This document shows positions 41,570-49,547 of a stretch of DNA of 64,000 bases, one piece after another. The notes beneath the pieces were generated by a model. The model did no database searches and was not told the origin of the DNA. It saw only the letters and a list, made by a program, of their open reading frames with translations. The translations under genes were made by a program, and so were the position numbers. This DNA is from Anatilimnocola sp. NA78 (GTDB lineage Bacteria > Planctomycetota > Planctomycetia > Pirellulales > Pirellulaceae). Location: positions 5,021,518-5,085,517 of the forward strand of contig NZ_CP187419.1 of assembly GCF_049819085.1 (NCBI RefSeq), in the 5' to 3' direction. Within the stretch, counting starts at the first letter, position 1. Each line of letters opens with the position of its first letter.

Positions 41570-42373
41570 ATGAAGAATCGCACAAACCACTTGGCCACCA
41601 TGCTGGTCGCATTTCTTCTCGGCTGGTCGTCGTCGACGATCGCTGCAGATGCCGTTCCACTGCCGGCCAAGGAGAAGTTTCATCTCTTCCTGCTTGTGGG
41701 GCAGTCAAACATGGCGGGTCGCGGCAAGGTCGAAGCCGAAGACAAGCAGCCCGCGCCTCGCGTGTTGATGCTCAACAAAGAGGGCGACTGGGTCCCCGCC
41801 GTCGATCCACTTCACTTCGACAAGTCGGCCGCTGGTGTCGGCCTCGGCAAGACTTTTGGCAAGTTGATTGCCGAAGCAAATCCGGACGTCACCATCGGCC
41901 TGATTCCCTGTGCCGTCGGCGGCTCGCCCATCGACTCGTGGAAGCCGGGAGTTCTCTACAAGCCAACCAACAGCCATCCCTGGGACGATGCCATCCGTCG
42001 TGCCAAGCTGGCGCAAGAGAAGGGCGTGCTCAAGGGTATGCTCTGGCACCAAGGCGAGTCCGATTGCTCCGCCAAGGCTGCTCCTGCCTATGCTGAAAAA
42101 CTACAGTCGCTCGTGGCTGCCTTTCGTAAAGAGCTGAATGCTGACGTGCCGTTTCTCGTGGGTCAGCTTGGTCAGTTCGACGAGGTTCCTTGGGACGACA
42201 ACCGCAAGCTGGTCGACCAGGCCCATCGCGAGCTTCCCAAGCACGTCACCAACAGCGCCTTCGTTCCCTCCGACGGCCTGAAGCACAAAGGGGACAAAGT
42301 CCACTTCGACTCCGCCGGCCTGCGCGAGTTCGGCAAGCGGTACGCCGAGGCCTACCTCAAGCTTGCCAAGTAA
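41570..42373 (+). CDS. Sialate-O-acetylesterase-like (SASA/DUF303) carbohydrate esterase
   Basis: Signal peptide; GQSNMAGRG catalytic-Ser motif; 267 aa. Confidence 0.7.
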   Translation: MKNRTNHLATMLVAFLLGWSSSTIAADAVPLPAKEKFHLFLLVGQSNMAGRGKVEAEDKQPAPRVLMLNKEGDWVPAVDPLHFDKSAAGVGLGKTFGKLIAEANPDVTIGLIPCAVGGSPIDSWKPGVLYKPTNSHPWDDAIRRAKLAQEKGVLKGMLWHQGESDCSAKAAPAYAEKLQSLVAAFRKELNADVPFLVGQLGQFDEVPWDDNRKLVDQAHRELPKHVTNSAFVPSDGLKHKGDKVHFDSAGLREFGKRYAEAYLKLAK

Positions 42374-42439
42374 GCCGGCAACAAGCGGTACTCGGCGATG
42401 TCCCGGCGCTTCGACCAACTGCCGGCCCTGCCCCGCCGG

Positions 42440-42960
42440 GTTTCCCCTCCGCTGAACAGTCCTCCGCATCCCTCTCGGCATTCCATTTTTGATAACTTTT
42501 TGCGCGAAAAATCGAAACCAACGCCTCGCTCTAACCCGTTCTGCTCCAAACTATTGCGATCACAACCGACCCAAAATCACCCGTTTCCTGATAACCATTT
42601 GATAACCACTCCTGCCCCTGTTCACTCCGCAGCCTGAACAGGCCCTAAACAGGGGGTCCAGTCTTCGTGGCGGCAGACCTCCTGGTCTGCCTTCCCCCGG
42701 CCTCTCCATTCTCTTCTGACGTCGCGGCAATCCTCCCGAACTTGCCTCGCTGAACAGTCCCTGTTCAGCGCTTCTGACAGCCCGTCTTGATAACTTTTTG
42801 CGCGAAAAATCGCATCCGCTTCCTCGCCCTAACCAGTTCTGCTTCAAGCCATTGCAATCAGAACCTCCCCAAAATCACCCGTTTCCCGATAACCGTTTGA
42901 TAACCACTCCTGCCCCCTGTGCGCTCCCTAGCCTGAACAGGCCCTAAACGGGTGGCTCAG
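42440..42960. repeat. Two tandem ~298-bp non-coding repeats, each with a TGAACAG/CTGTTCA hairpin, a TTGATAACTTTTTGCGCGAAAAATCG box and a CTGATAACC-N4-GATAACC box
   Basis: Period of 298 bp measured from gctgaacag (42451 / 42749) and ttgataac (42489 / 42787). ~85% identity between copies. Confidence 0.85.
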
Positions 42961-43251
42961 ACTGCCCCTCCTCGGTTAACCGAGCCGCTTGCGGCCGTTG
43001 AACTGGCAATCAAGTCAGTCCACACTTCTCCCGCGCAACCGCGTGGGTTAACCAAATACTGGGGCAGTAGGTCCAGGAACTCCGTACCTGACGACCTCGC
43101 TGAGTTGCAGTCAGGCGCGCGACGCTGGCCTTGCCCGACTCCGCCACTCGCTCCCATAAACCTTAAAATGTCCTTGACACTAAGTCAACAAATTGTAACA
43201 ATAATTCGGTGTGACACCGTCCGGCCAAAGTGCCCGGACCGCTCAACTCCG

Positions 43252-43722
43252 CTACTGAAGATCCCGAACAGAACTTTCGAAGCAATTGAGTTCAGCCTCA
43301 ATCACATCCCAAAATGAAGTCCCGCAAATGCTGAATGCGCCTCTTCCCTCGAAGTAGAAGTAGATTGGAAGCTCAACAAGAGGAGTGCCAGTTTCAAAAA
43401 ACATAAACTGTTCCCCCTGTCTCATTGCAAATACAAAAGCATTGTTGGGAATGGGCAACTTGCCATCTTCCCAGTTTGCCACCATCTCCTTCGCACGACT
43501 TTGCAATTCGACGAGCTGTTTGACTCGAAAATCGACATCGTCCCAAAAAGCTCCCGCGCTGTGCCCCACGGCCTTCAAGAACGAGCGGTAGTCTTCCGGC
43601 AAGGCAACCCCAAGCGTGGTTTCCAGCGAAGCTATCTCTACCTCGAATGCGCCGCAAATGGGTTGATGTTTCGCCAACCCGGCGGCAACAATTCGGTCAA
43701 CTAGCTTTCTCGAAGTGAGCAT
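43252..43722 (-). CDS. SUKH-1 (SMI1/KNR4) family immunity-type protein
   Basis: LPEDYRSFLKAVGHSAGAFWDD matches the SMI1/KNR4 core. Start placed at MLTSRK. The ORF-track N-terminal extension is read-through into the upstream repeat. Confidence 0.6.
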   Translation of the reverse strand: MLTSRKLVDRIVAAGLAKHQPICGAFEVEIASLETTLGVALPEDYRSFLKAVGHSAGAFWDDVDFRVKQLVELQSRAKEMVANWEDGKLPIPNNAFVFAMRQGEQFMFFETGTPLVELPIYFYFEGRGAFSICGTSFWDVIEAELNCFESSVRDLQ

Positions 43723-43786
43723 TGAACTCTTTCCAAACGCACTTTCTCTCGCTCGATGGTGCAGCAGCTTTTCGTAACTAAGTCCC

Positions 43787-43969
43787 CGCCAGGTGCCACT
43801 GGCTCGGCCAGTGCAGATTGGCCATCGCCGGGTTGCCTCCCAGCAGAAGAGAACCTCTTGCCTTTTTGCACAGGACAACCTCTTGGCAAAATGGCAAATC
43901 TCCAGCCGCCTTCGATCCAGCTACCCATTCGAGCCGGTCATTCACTGGCGAAGCCAGTGGCACCCGGCG
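43787..43969. repeat. MITE/attC-like 183-bp palindromic element, copy A (17-bp terminal inverted repeats CGCCAGGTGCCACTGGC / GCCAGTGGCACCCGGCG)
   Basis: Three >90% identical copies (A, B, C). Each sits 6-60 bp beyond the stop of a minus-strand gene. Confidence 0.8.
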
Positions 43970-44029
43970 CACGACCACGTCTCAAATCACAGGGACCGCG
44001 ACGCCCGCCCGGTCCGCTCCAATGGCTGG

Positions 44030-44524
44030 TTATGTGCCGGCCGACTGCCGCCACACCGGTTTGGCCGCACACCGCAAATCGACGCCGCGCCACTTCAACA
44101 GAGCGTAGAGAGCGCGGTCAATTAGCAACCTATCCGCCCAGATTGCGATCGAGCCCACCAAGGTCTGACCGTCGAGCGGATCGGCATAGACGACGACCTG
44201 AATCCGCCAGTCTTTGTAAACATCTATCAACAGCGCCCGCAGCTCATCGAGGAATGCCTGTGAAAAGCTGTCGATCGACGCCTCCAGATGCCGCGTGTGA
44301 TCCGGCCACCAGTCCCAGCCGATTTCCAGATGCTTCTCCACGTAGCTGGGCTCATACAAGCGATCCGCCACCGCCACGATTCGCTTGCGAAGCTCCTCGT
44401 CCCTCCGCACGTAATCCGCCTCTGCCTGTTCGCCTTTGAACTTCGCGATCCGCGCAGAGGCTTTGAACAGATCGTCAAAGACATCATCTTTCGCGGCTAT
44501 CGTGACCTCGCGGACGTCATTCAC
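44030..44524 (-). CDS. Hypothetical cassette protein (GTG start); last ~8 codons share nucleotide homology with the 3' end of the gene at 48145
   Basis: 164-aa acidic cytoplasmic protein. Its start abuts the duplicated recombinase-5' segment. Confidence 0.45.
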   Translation of the reverse strand: MNDVREVTIAAKDDVFDDLFKASARIAKFKGEQAEADYVRRDEELRKRIVAVADRLYEPSYVEKHLEIGWDWWPDHTRHLEASIDSFSQAFLDELRALLIDVYKDWRIQVVVYADPLDGQTLVGSIAIWADRLLIDRALYALLKWRGVDLRCAAKPVWRQSAGT

Positions 44525-44654
44525 AAGCGGCTCGCCTCCGGCAAATAACTTCTTATTCTACAGAATCGCCACGAGGCTTGATTCTTGATAACAGGAGTTT
44601 TATTCTGTCGAACGGGAAATAGATGTCAATCATTTCCTTCAGAATCTTCCAAGC

Positions 44655-44801
44655 TTGCGACGGAGCGGGAGGTGTTCGGTGGCCACAGAAACGACTCCAG
44701 TCAAGCCCGGCCCGAAGCTGTTGGAGCGAATGCGTCACAAGTTACGCGCCAAGCATTTGGCATTGAGCACCGAACGGAGTTACCTGCATTGGGCCGAGCG
44801 G
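44655..44801 (+). pseudogene. 5' fragment (first ~49 codons) of an integron-integrase-like tyrosine recombinase, copy 1, interrupted by repeat element X
   Basis: KLLERMRHKLRAKHLALSTERSYLHWAER matches the IntI/Xer N-terminal SAM-like domain motif (R.[22 protein letters not shown]). The reading frame then diverges into the inserted repeat. Confidence 0.6.
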
Positions 44802-45023
44802 CGGGTGGCATGGGTTCTACCCATGTCCTCCTTGGTCTTCTGAGGTAAGGATCCTCGCCAGCCGAGGCAAAACTCAACTCGATTTCACCAGCAACTGCAG
44901 TCCTGCGTTACCCCAGAACAGTTTGAGCTCCACCAAAACTGGCACTCGACGTCACACGAGAATTGCCAGCAGACATGGGTAAAACCCATGCCACCCAGAG
45001 ATGGCGAATGACCACGCATGCCA
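44801..45023. repeat. Second repeat family (element X, ~220 bp) with terminal inverted repeats GGTGGCATGGGTTnTACCCATG / CATGGGTAAAACCCATGCCACC, copy 1
   Basis: Near-identical copy at 46276-46499. Confidence 0.75.
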
Positions 45024-45029
45024 ACACCG

Positions 45030-45212
45030 CGCCAGGTGCCACTGGCTCGGCCAGTGCAGATTGGCTCTCGCTGGGTTGCCTCCCAGCGGAAGAGAACCTC
45101 TTGCCTCTTTGCACAGGGCAACGTCTTGGCAAAATGGCAAATCTCCAGCCGCCTTCGATCCAGCTACCCATTCGAGCCGGTCAGGCACTGGCGAAGCCAG
45201 TGGCACCCGGCG
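45030..45212. repeat. MITE/attC-like 183-bp element, copy B
   Basis: Same termini as copy A. 13 bp beyond the stop of the LRR gene. Confidence 0.8.
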
Positions 45213-45225
45213 TTGTAACCCATGC

Positions 45226-45981
45226 TCATTCCGCAATCAAAAAATCATTCTCCAATTGCCAGTCGCCATTAGAAGTGTGAACCACCTCTAATTCTGGGCG
45301 CAGCTGCCGCAGGCGATCAACACACGTTGATGATACGAGGGACCCGGAGAGATCCACTCGTCTCAATCGAGTCGATGCAATCAGTTTCTCGATTATAGCA
45401 TCTGACACCTGAGTTAACGACACATCAAAGGAATGCAGGATCGGCAATCTTAAGAGACAAAGTGCGACATTATCATCCATTTTAGTCCGCGAACAGTCAA
45501 GCTCCTCTATGCCAGAAAAAATACTTACAAGTTCCCTTGCGAAATCAACGTCAACTTGTTCTCGCGAAAGTGCAATCCTTCGCACATTTCTCCAGCCTCT
45601 CATCGATTCGACAGCTGAAGGCGGCAGTTCTTTTAAAAATATATATTGAGCTGACGTAGATCTTGGCATCATCGCGTTGCACGCTCCGCCTTTGCAGTCC
45701 ACGATCACCGTCCTCAGCGAGCGCAACTCCTCAATTGCCCGAAAGTCGCTCATTGCTCCGCAGTCAATCCTGGCAAGTGCAGGATGAGCGGTGGGCAGCC
45801 CAATCCATGAGGGAAATTCAAGTGAAGATTGCTCATAGAGTTCGAGGCTGCATCCATTTTCCTTGAGCTCCCGCTCAGCTGACAGCAAGTCACGATGAAA
45901 TCTCAGTCGCTCGCTGATACAAAAGGCTACAAGAGCTGCGACAACCATCAAGAGCAATAATGCGCGGATCGAGAATGTCAT
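45226..45981 (-). CDS. Leucine-rich-repeat (RNI-like) membrane-anchored protein; low-GC, likely horizontally acquired
   Basis: Start at MTFSIRALLLLMVVAALVAFC (TM), then L-rich repeats. The DNA of 45.3-46.1 kb is visibly AT-richer than its surroundings. Confidence 0.5.
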   Translation of the reverse strand: MTFSIRALLLLMVVAALVAFCISERLRFHRDLLSAERELKENGCSLELYEQSSLEFPSWIGLPTAHPALARIDCGAMSDFRAIEELRSLRTVIVDCKGGACNAMMPRSTSAQYIFLKELPPSAVESMRGWRNVRRIALSREQVDVDFARELVSIFSGIEELDCSRTKMDDNVALCLLRLPILHSFDVSLTQVSDAIIEKLIASTRLRRVDLSGSLVSSTCVDRLRQLRPELEVVHTSNGDWQLENDFLIAE

Positions 45982-46275
45982 TTTTAGTCTACTTAACGGA
46001 GATTCGCGCTGGTGTATATTGGCCAGTGTGCTTTTTGTAGTGACAGCCCGTTTGCCGATTGCGCCTGTTTGACTCATCCTAGCTAAACCCCCAGCTATCC
46101 TGAGAATTCCATTGCGCAAATCTGTTTACTATAGTAATGTTGTCTAAGTGCCCTTGACTAATCCCCACAGGCCGCAACACTTGGTGCATAGGATCACTTG
46201 AGTAGGTTTGATCTCCGTTGGCGTCCGATATTGTGATGCTTTGTAAAATCAAGTGCGAGCCGAACCAAAATCCTG

Positions 46276-46499
46276 CGGCGGGTGGCATGGGTTGTACCCA
46301 TGTTCTTCTTGGTCTTCTGAGGTAAGGATCCTTGCCAGCCAAGGCAAAACTCAACTCGATTTCACCAGCAACTGCAGCGCGGCGTTACCTCAGAACGGTT
46401 TGAGCTCCACCAAAACTGGCACGCGACGGTCCGCGAGAGTTGCCAGCAAACATGGGTAAAACCCATGCCACCCAGAGATGGCGAATGACCACGCATGCC
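46276..46499. repeat. Element X, copy 2
   Basis: Same TIRs as copy 1. 32 bp beyond the stop of the 46532 gene. Confidence 0.75.
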
Positions 46500-46531
46500 A
46501 CCCCGCCGCCGCAGTCAGGTGCAACTGATTG

Positions 46532-47206
46532 TTATCCCGCCTTTTCAATGCGTGCTTTTACCCATTCAACAAACGTGGCCGGATCCATGTTACCCGCAAC
46601 ACGGAACTCACAAGGCTCCTCGGAGTCCCAGTGAGCTTCGGGCGTCGGAAATTCGCCTTGTCTGTCTTCGCCCCAATACATCGTCGTCTCTTCGTAGTCA
46701 TTGATCCTGAAAGCCGAACCTTTATTGCCTTCAAAGATGTACATCCCCGACACCTTGAATTCGTCGGCTATGCCCGGTTGACCAAAAGCACGAACGAGCG
46801 AGCGAGGGCTGACATGCAACATGGTCCCGAACCCATTCAAATCCTTCGTGGTGTCGGAGACAAGATCAAATGTACTGCTGTCGTCAGCGGGCGCAACGAC
46901 CGGCTCTTGTTTCTTACGAAAACCGGGTTTGCCCCTGAAAAACTCATGTTTGCTCACCCAGACGATCTGGCCGAAAACATCGTACTCTTCACCGTCAAGT
47001 TGAAAAGAGCCAATGGTGTTGATTCGACCTTCCGTTTGACTGCTGAACGTGAGCTTCAGATTCGTTGCATCTGCGGGCATGTTGTTCACAAACGCCGTGG
47101 AAGCGAACTGCATGAAGTCGGCAAAACTTGGCGGAGTAGTTTTGCGCCAACATGACTTGTAGGATTCGACGTCAATCAACGCTTCAAGTTGTTCTTTGAC
47201 GGTCAT
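46532..47206 (-). CDS. Hypothetical cassette protein (224 aa, acidic)
   Basis: ATG start 12 nt from the second copy of the recombinase-5' segment. No recognisable domain. Confidence 0.45.
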   Translation of the reverse strand: MTVKEQLEALIDVESYKSCWRKTTPPSFADFMQFASTAFVNNMPADATNLKLTFSSQTEGRINTIGSFQLDGEEYDVFGQIVWVSKHEFFRGKPGFRKKQEPVVAPADDSSTFDLVSDTTKDLNGFGTMLHVSPRSLVRAFGQPGIADEFKVSGMYIFEGNKGSAFRINDYEETTMYWGEDRQGEFPTPEAHWDSEEPCEFRVAGNMDPATFVEWVKARIEKAG

Positions 47207-47328
47207 GTCTTTAGCGGGATAACTTCTTATTCTACAGAATCGCCACGAGGCTTGATTCTTGATAACAGGAGTTTTATTCTGTCGAACGGGAAATAGAAGT
47301 CAATCATTTCCTTCAGAATCTTCCAAGC

Positions 47329-47484
47329 TTGCGACGGAGCGGGAGGTGTTCGGTGGCTACAGAAACGACTCCAGTCAAGCCCGGCCCGAAGCTCTTGGAG
47401 CGAATGCGTGACAAGTTGCGTGCCAAGCATTTGGCATTGAGCACCGAACGGAGTTACCTGCATTGGGCCGAGCGGTTCATACGC
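47329..47484 (+). pseudogene. 5' fragment of integron-integrase-like tyrosine recombinase, copy 2, truncated exactly at the left end of MITE-like copy C
   Basis: ...LRAKHLALSTERSYLHWAERFIR then the frame enters cgccaggtgccactggc. 258 bp (47219-47477) is ~97% identical to 44545-44800. Confidence 0.6.
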
Positions 47485-47664
47485 CAGGTGCCACTGGCTC
47501 GGCCAGTGCAGATTGGCCATCGCCGGGTTGCCTCCCAGCAGAAGTGAACCTCTTGCCTTTTTGCACAGGGCAACATCTTGGCAAAATGGCAAATCTCCAG
47601 CCGCCTTCGATCCCACTACCCATTCGAGCCGGTCAGGCACTGGCGAAGCCAGTGGCAACCGGCG
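47482..47664. repeat. MITE/attC-like 183-bp element, copy C
   Basis: Same termini as copies A and B. Ends 30 bp beyond the stop of the gene at 47695. Confidence 0.8.
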
Positions 47665-47694
47665 CCCCTGTCGATAGGGAAGGCCATAGAGAGG

Positions 47695-48060
47695 TTAGGC
47701 CGACTTCCTTTGCAACCACTCCTGATACTGTCTCCAATCATCGTCAATCGCCGCTTGCTGCACGGTTTCTGAAACATCGCCAAATTCAATCTCGCGCATG
47801 TATCTCGGATATTCCGCCTCCGCAAGGACATCTCGGTAGTCTTGGATCGCGGTCTGCGTTTCGTCCAGAAGTCGAGCAAGATCACCGTTTACGAGCTTGA
47901 GGATGGCGAGTCGCACGCGCGGGTTGGGGCGATTCCAATCCTGCTTTCCGAACTCTTCGAGAATCGAAAGCGCCAGTGCAGCCTGAGCATCGCCAAAGTC
48001 GCGGAGCGCGATCCTCTTTACGTCTTCGTAAGTCACATCTGGGATGGGTTGTTCCGCCAT
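47695..48060 (-). CDS. Hypothetical small cassette protein (121 aa)
   Basis: Acidic, helical, no known domain. Immunity-protein-like context. Confidence 0.4.
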   Translation of the reverse strand: MAEQPIPDVTYEDVKRIALRDFGDAQAALALSILEEFGKQDWNRPNPRVRLAILKLVNGDLARLLDETQTAIQDYRDVLAEAEYPRYMREIEFGDVSETVQQAAIDDDWRQYQEWLQRKSA

Positions 48061-48144
48061 AAGCGTGTCGGCCTAACGACCAAGTTCACCTGCTGCGGCG
48101 GCGGTGAGACGTTGAACTCTGAAAAAGCCGTAATGCCGCCGCAG

Positions 48145-48669
48145 TCAGGTGCAACGGCTGGTTATGGCCGGCCGGTTGCCGTCGAACTCCACATGGAAGC
48201 CTACCGGTAGAAGCCAATACGGAGCGAATCGCGCGTCATGAATCGTCAGCTCGTACAGCGACTGAAAATGCAAGTTCGCGGGTTCATTCACATCCAAGGG
48301 ATCGTCGGCGACTCCAACGAACCAACCCGATTTGTTGCCTTCAAGCTGATCGAGTCGCTCCATGAATGCACGCGGCGACCCCGGCATGTAAGACCTGCTG
48401 ATGAGCGCCGCATGCCACAGCGCACAGCGCTCCGGCTCAACCCGCTGTTTGGCCAACACAGCCGACTGTTCCGCGTCGATACGTTCCACTGGCCCGAAAT
48501 CTCGAGTGAACGACGCCATGGCCAGGAAATCAAGTGTCTCCAAGTCCAATTGGCCGTTCTCGACGATGGCCTGAAAGATGAACCAGCCGTACTCGACTGA
48601 CTCGCCGTGCTTAACGGTGCGCGTGGAGAGGAAGTCGAGGACATTCGATCGTAGAGCACTTGAGGCCAT
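48145..48669 (-). CDS. Hypothetical cassette protein (174 aa)
   Basis: Its 3' end shares the ggctggttatgGccggccgGTtgcc segment with the 3' end of the 44030 gene. A hairpin, cacctgctgcggcggcgg ... ccgccgcagtcaggtg, lies 3' of its stop. Confidence 0.4.
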   Translation of the reverse strand: MASSALRSNVLDFLSTRTVKHGESVEYGWFIFQAIVENGQLDLETLDFLAMASFTRDFGPVERIDAEQSAVLAKQRVEPERCALWHAALISRSYMPGSPRAFMERLDQLEGNKSGWFVGVADDPLDVNEPANLHFQSLYELTIHDARFAPYWLLPVGFHVEFDGNRPAITSRCT

Positions 48670-48922
48670 AACTACTTATAATCTTGCGCGGCGGTCATGT
48701 TAACCTAAGCCGCGATCAAGGGATCGAATCCGATCTATCTGAAGTAGGTTAAGTGGGTTACGCTCCGAATGTCAACTGATAAGCAAACCAGCAATTCTTG
48801 CGCAGCGTGAGTCCAACTAAAAGGCTGCTGCTGAGGTTGGGGAAAAGTTCCGGACCGGTTGCTTACGGGGTGCGAGAACAACCGGATTGAGAGCGTGAGG
48901 AAAATGACCGAGCAAATTGGGG

Positions 48923-49405
48923 CTAAGCGATCGATTGGTCAGCAAGTGCAACGGCGGGCCGTGGGGCCAAGACGAGCCGCATGAACACTTTGTCCAGGCC
49001 CGGCTGATACCCGTCGACGATCACCCGAAACGCCTCGAAGTCGAACCGGGCGAAAAACGGAGCGGTGTGCTGACTCGTGTCGATCAAAACGCACCACGCA
49101 TGGGTAATCTGCCGAATTTGCTCGAGCCGCCACTGGAGCAGGCTCGCCCCTACTCCCCGTCGGTGCCAGTTCGCGCGGACCATGCCCCATTCCAGGTAAC
49201 CCACCCCATAGTCATCGACACGAAACCCACCGCACCCGCGGACCTCCCCCGCGATCTCAGCGACGAAGAAAGGCTGATCCCGCCGCCGCAGGTAGGCCGC
49301 GAAGAGATCTCGCTCAGGCGCGGTGAAATACTTCGGCCGGTTGCTGTCGAAGATTTCCAAGCAGGCCGACTCGTCGTCTTGTCGGTACTCACGAATGTCT
49401 CCCAA
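48923..49405 (-). CDS. GNAT-family N-acetyltransferase
   Basis: RGVGASLLQWRL acetyl-CoA binding motif; 160 aa. Confidence 0.7.
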   Translation of the reverse strand: MGDIREYRQDDESACLEIFDSNRPKYFTAPERDLFAAYLRRRDQPFFVAEIAGEVRGCGGFRVDDYGVGYLEWGMVRANWHRRGVGASLLQWRLEQIRQITHAWCVLIDTSQHTAPFFARFDFEAFRVIVDGYQPGLDKVFMRLVLAPRPAVALADQSIA

Positions 49406-49547
49406 GAGCGACCTCCGCTGCTGAACGGATCAATGTTCAATGGCCAACACCGCGCCGACAAACTCCGACTTTACCAAAACGCTCAACGCCAAGTGCCGCT
49501 GGCTCGGCTGGCGAAGCCACTGGCATAGCGCAAGATCTGTTCGCGAC

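Noticed and set aside
43778-47658. ORFs containing 'CAKRQEVLFRWEAT..PICTGRASGTWRG' (43252 N-terminal extension, 44885..45121, 44908..45171, 47227..47658) and their plus-strand counterparts
   Set aside because: The same peptide arises wherever the 183-bp repeat is translated; these are repeat read-throughs, not genes.
48690-48760. Possible tRNA (GGGATCGAATCC resembles a T-arm)
   Set aside because: Could not build an acceptor stem, D-arm or anticodon arm around it; the T-stem does not pair.
39781-48810. Shared 14-mer ATTCTTGCGCAGCG at 39815 and 48795
   Set aside because: About 15 chance 14-mer coincidences are expected in a 64-kb window on two strands; no flanking similarity.
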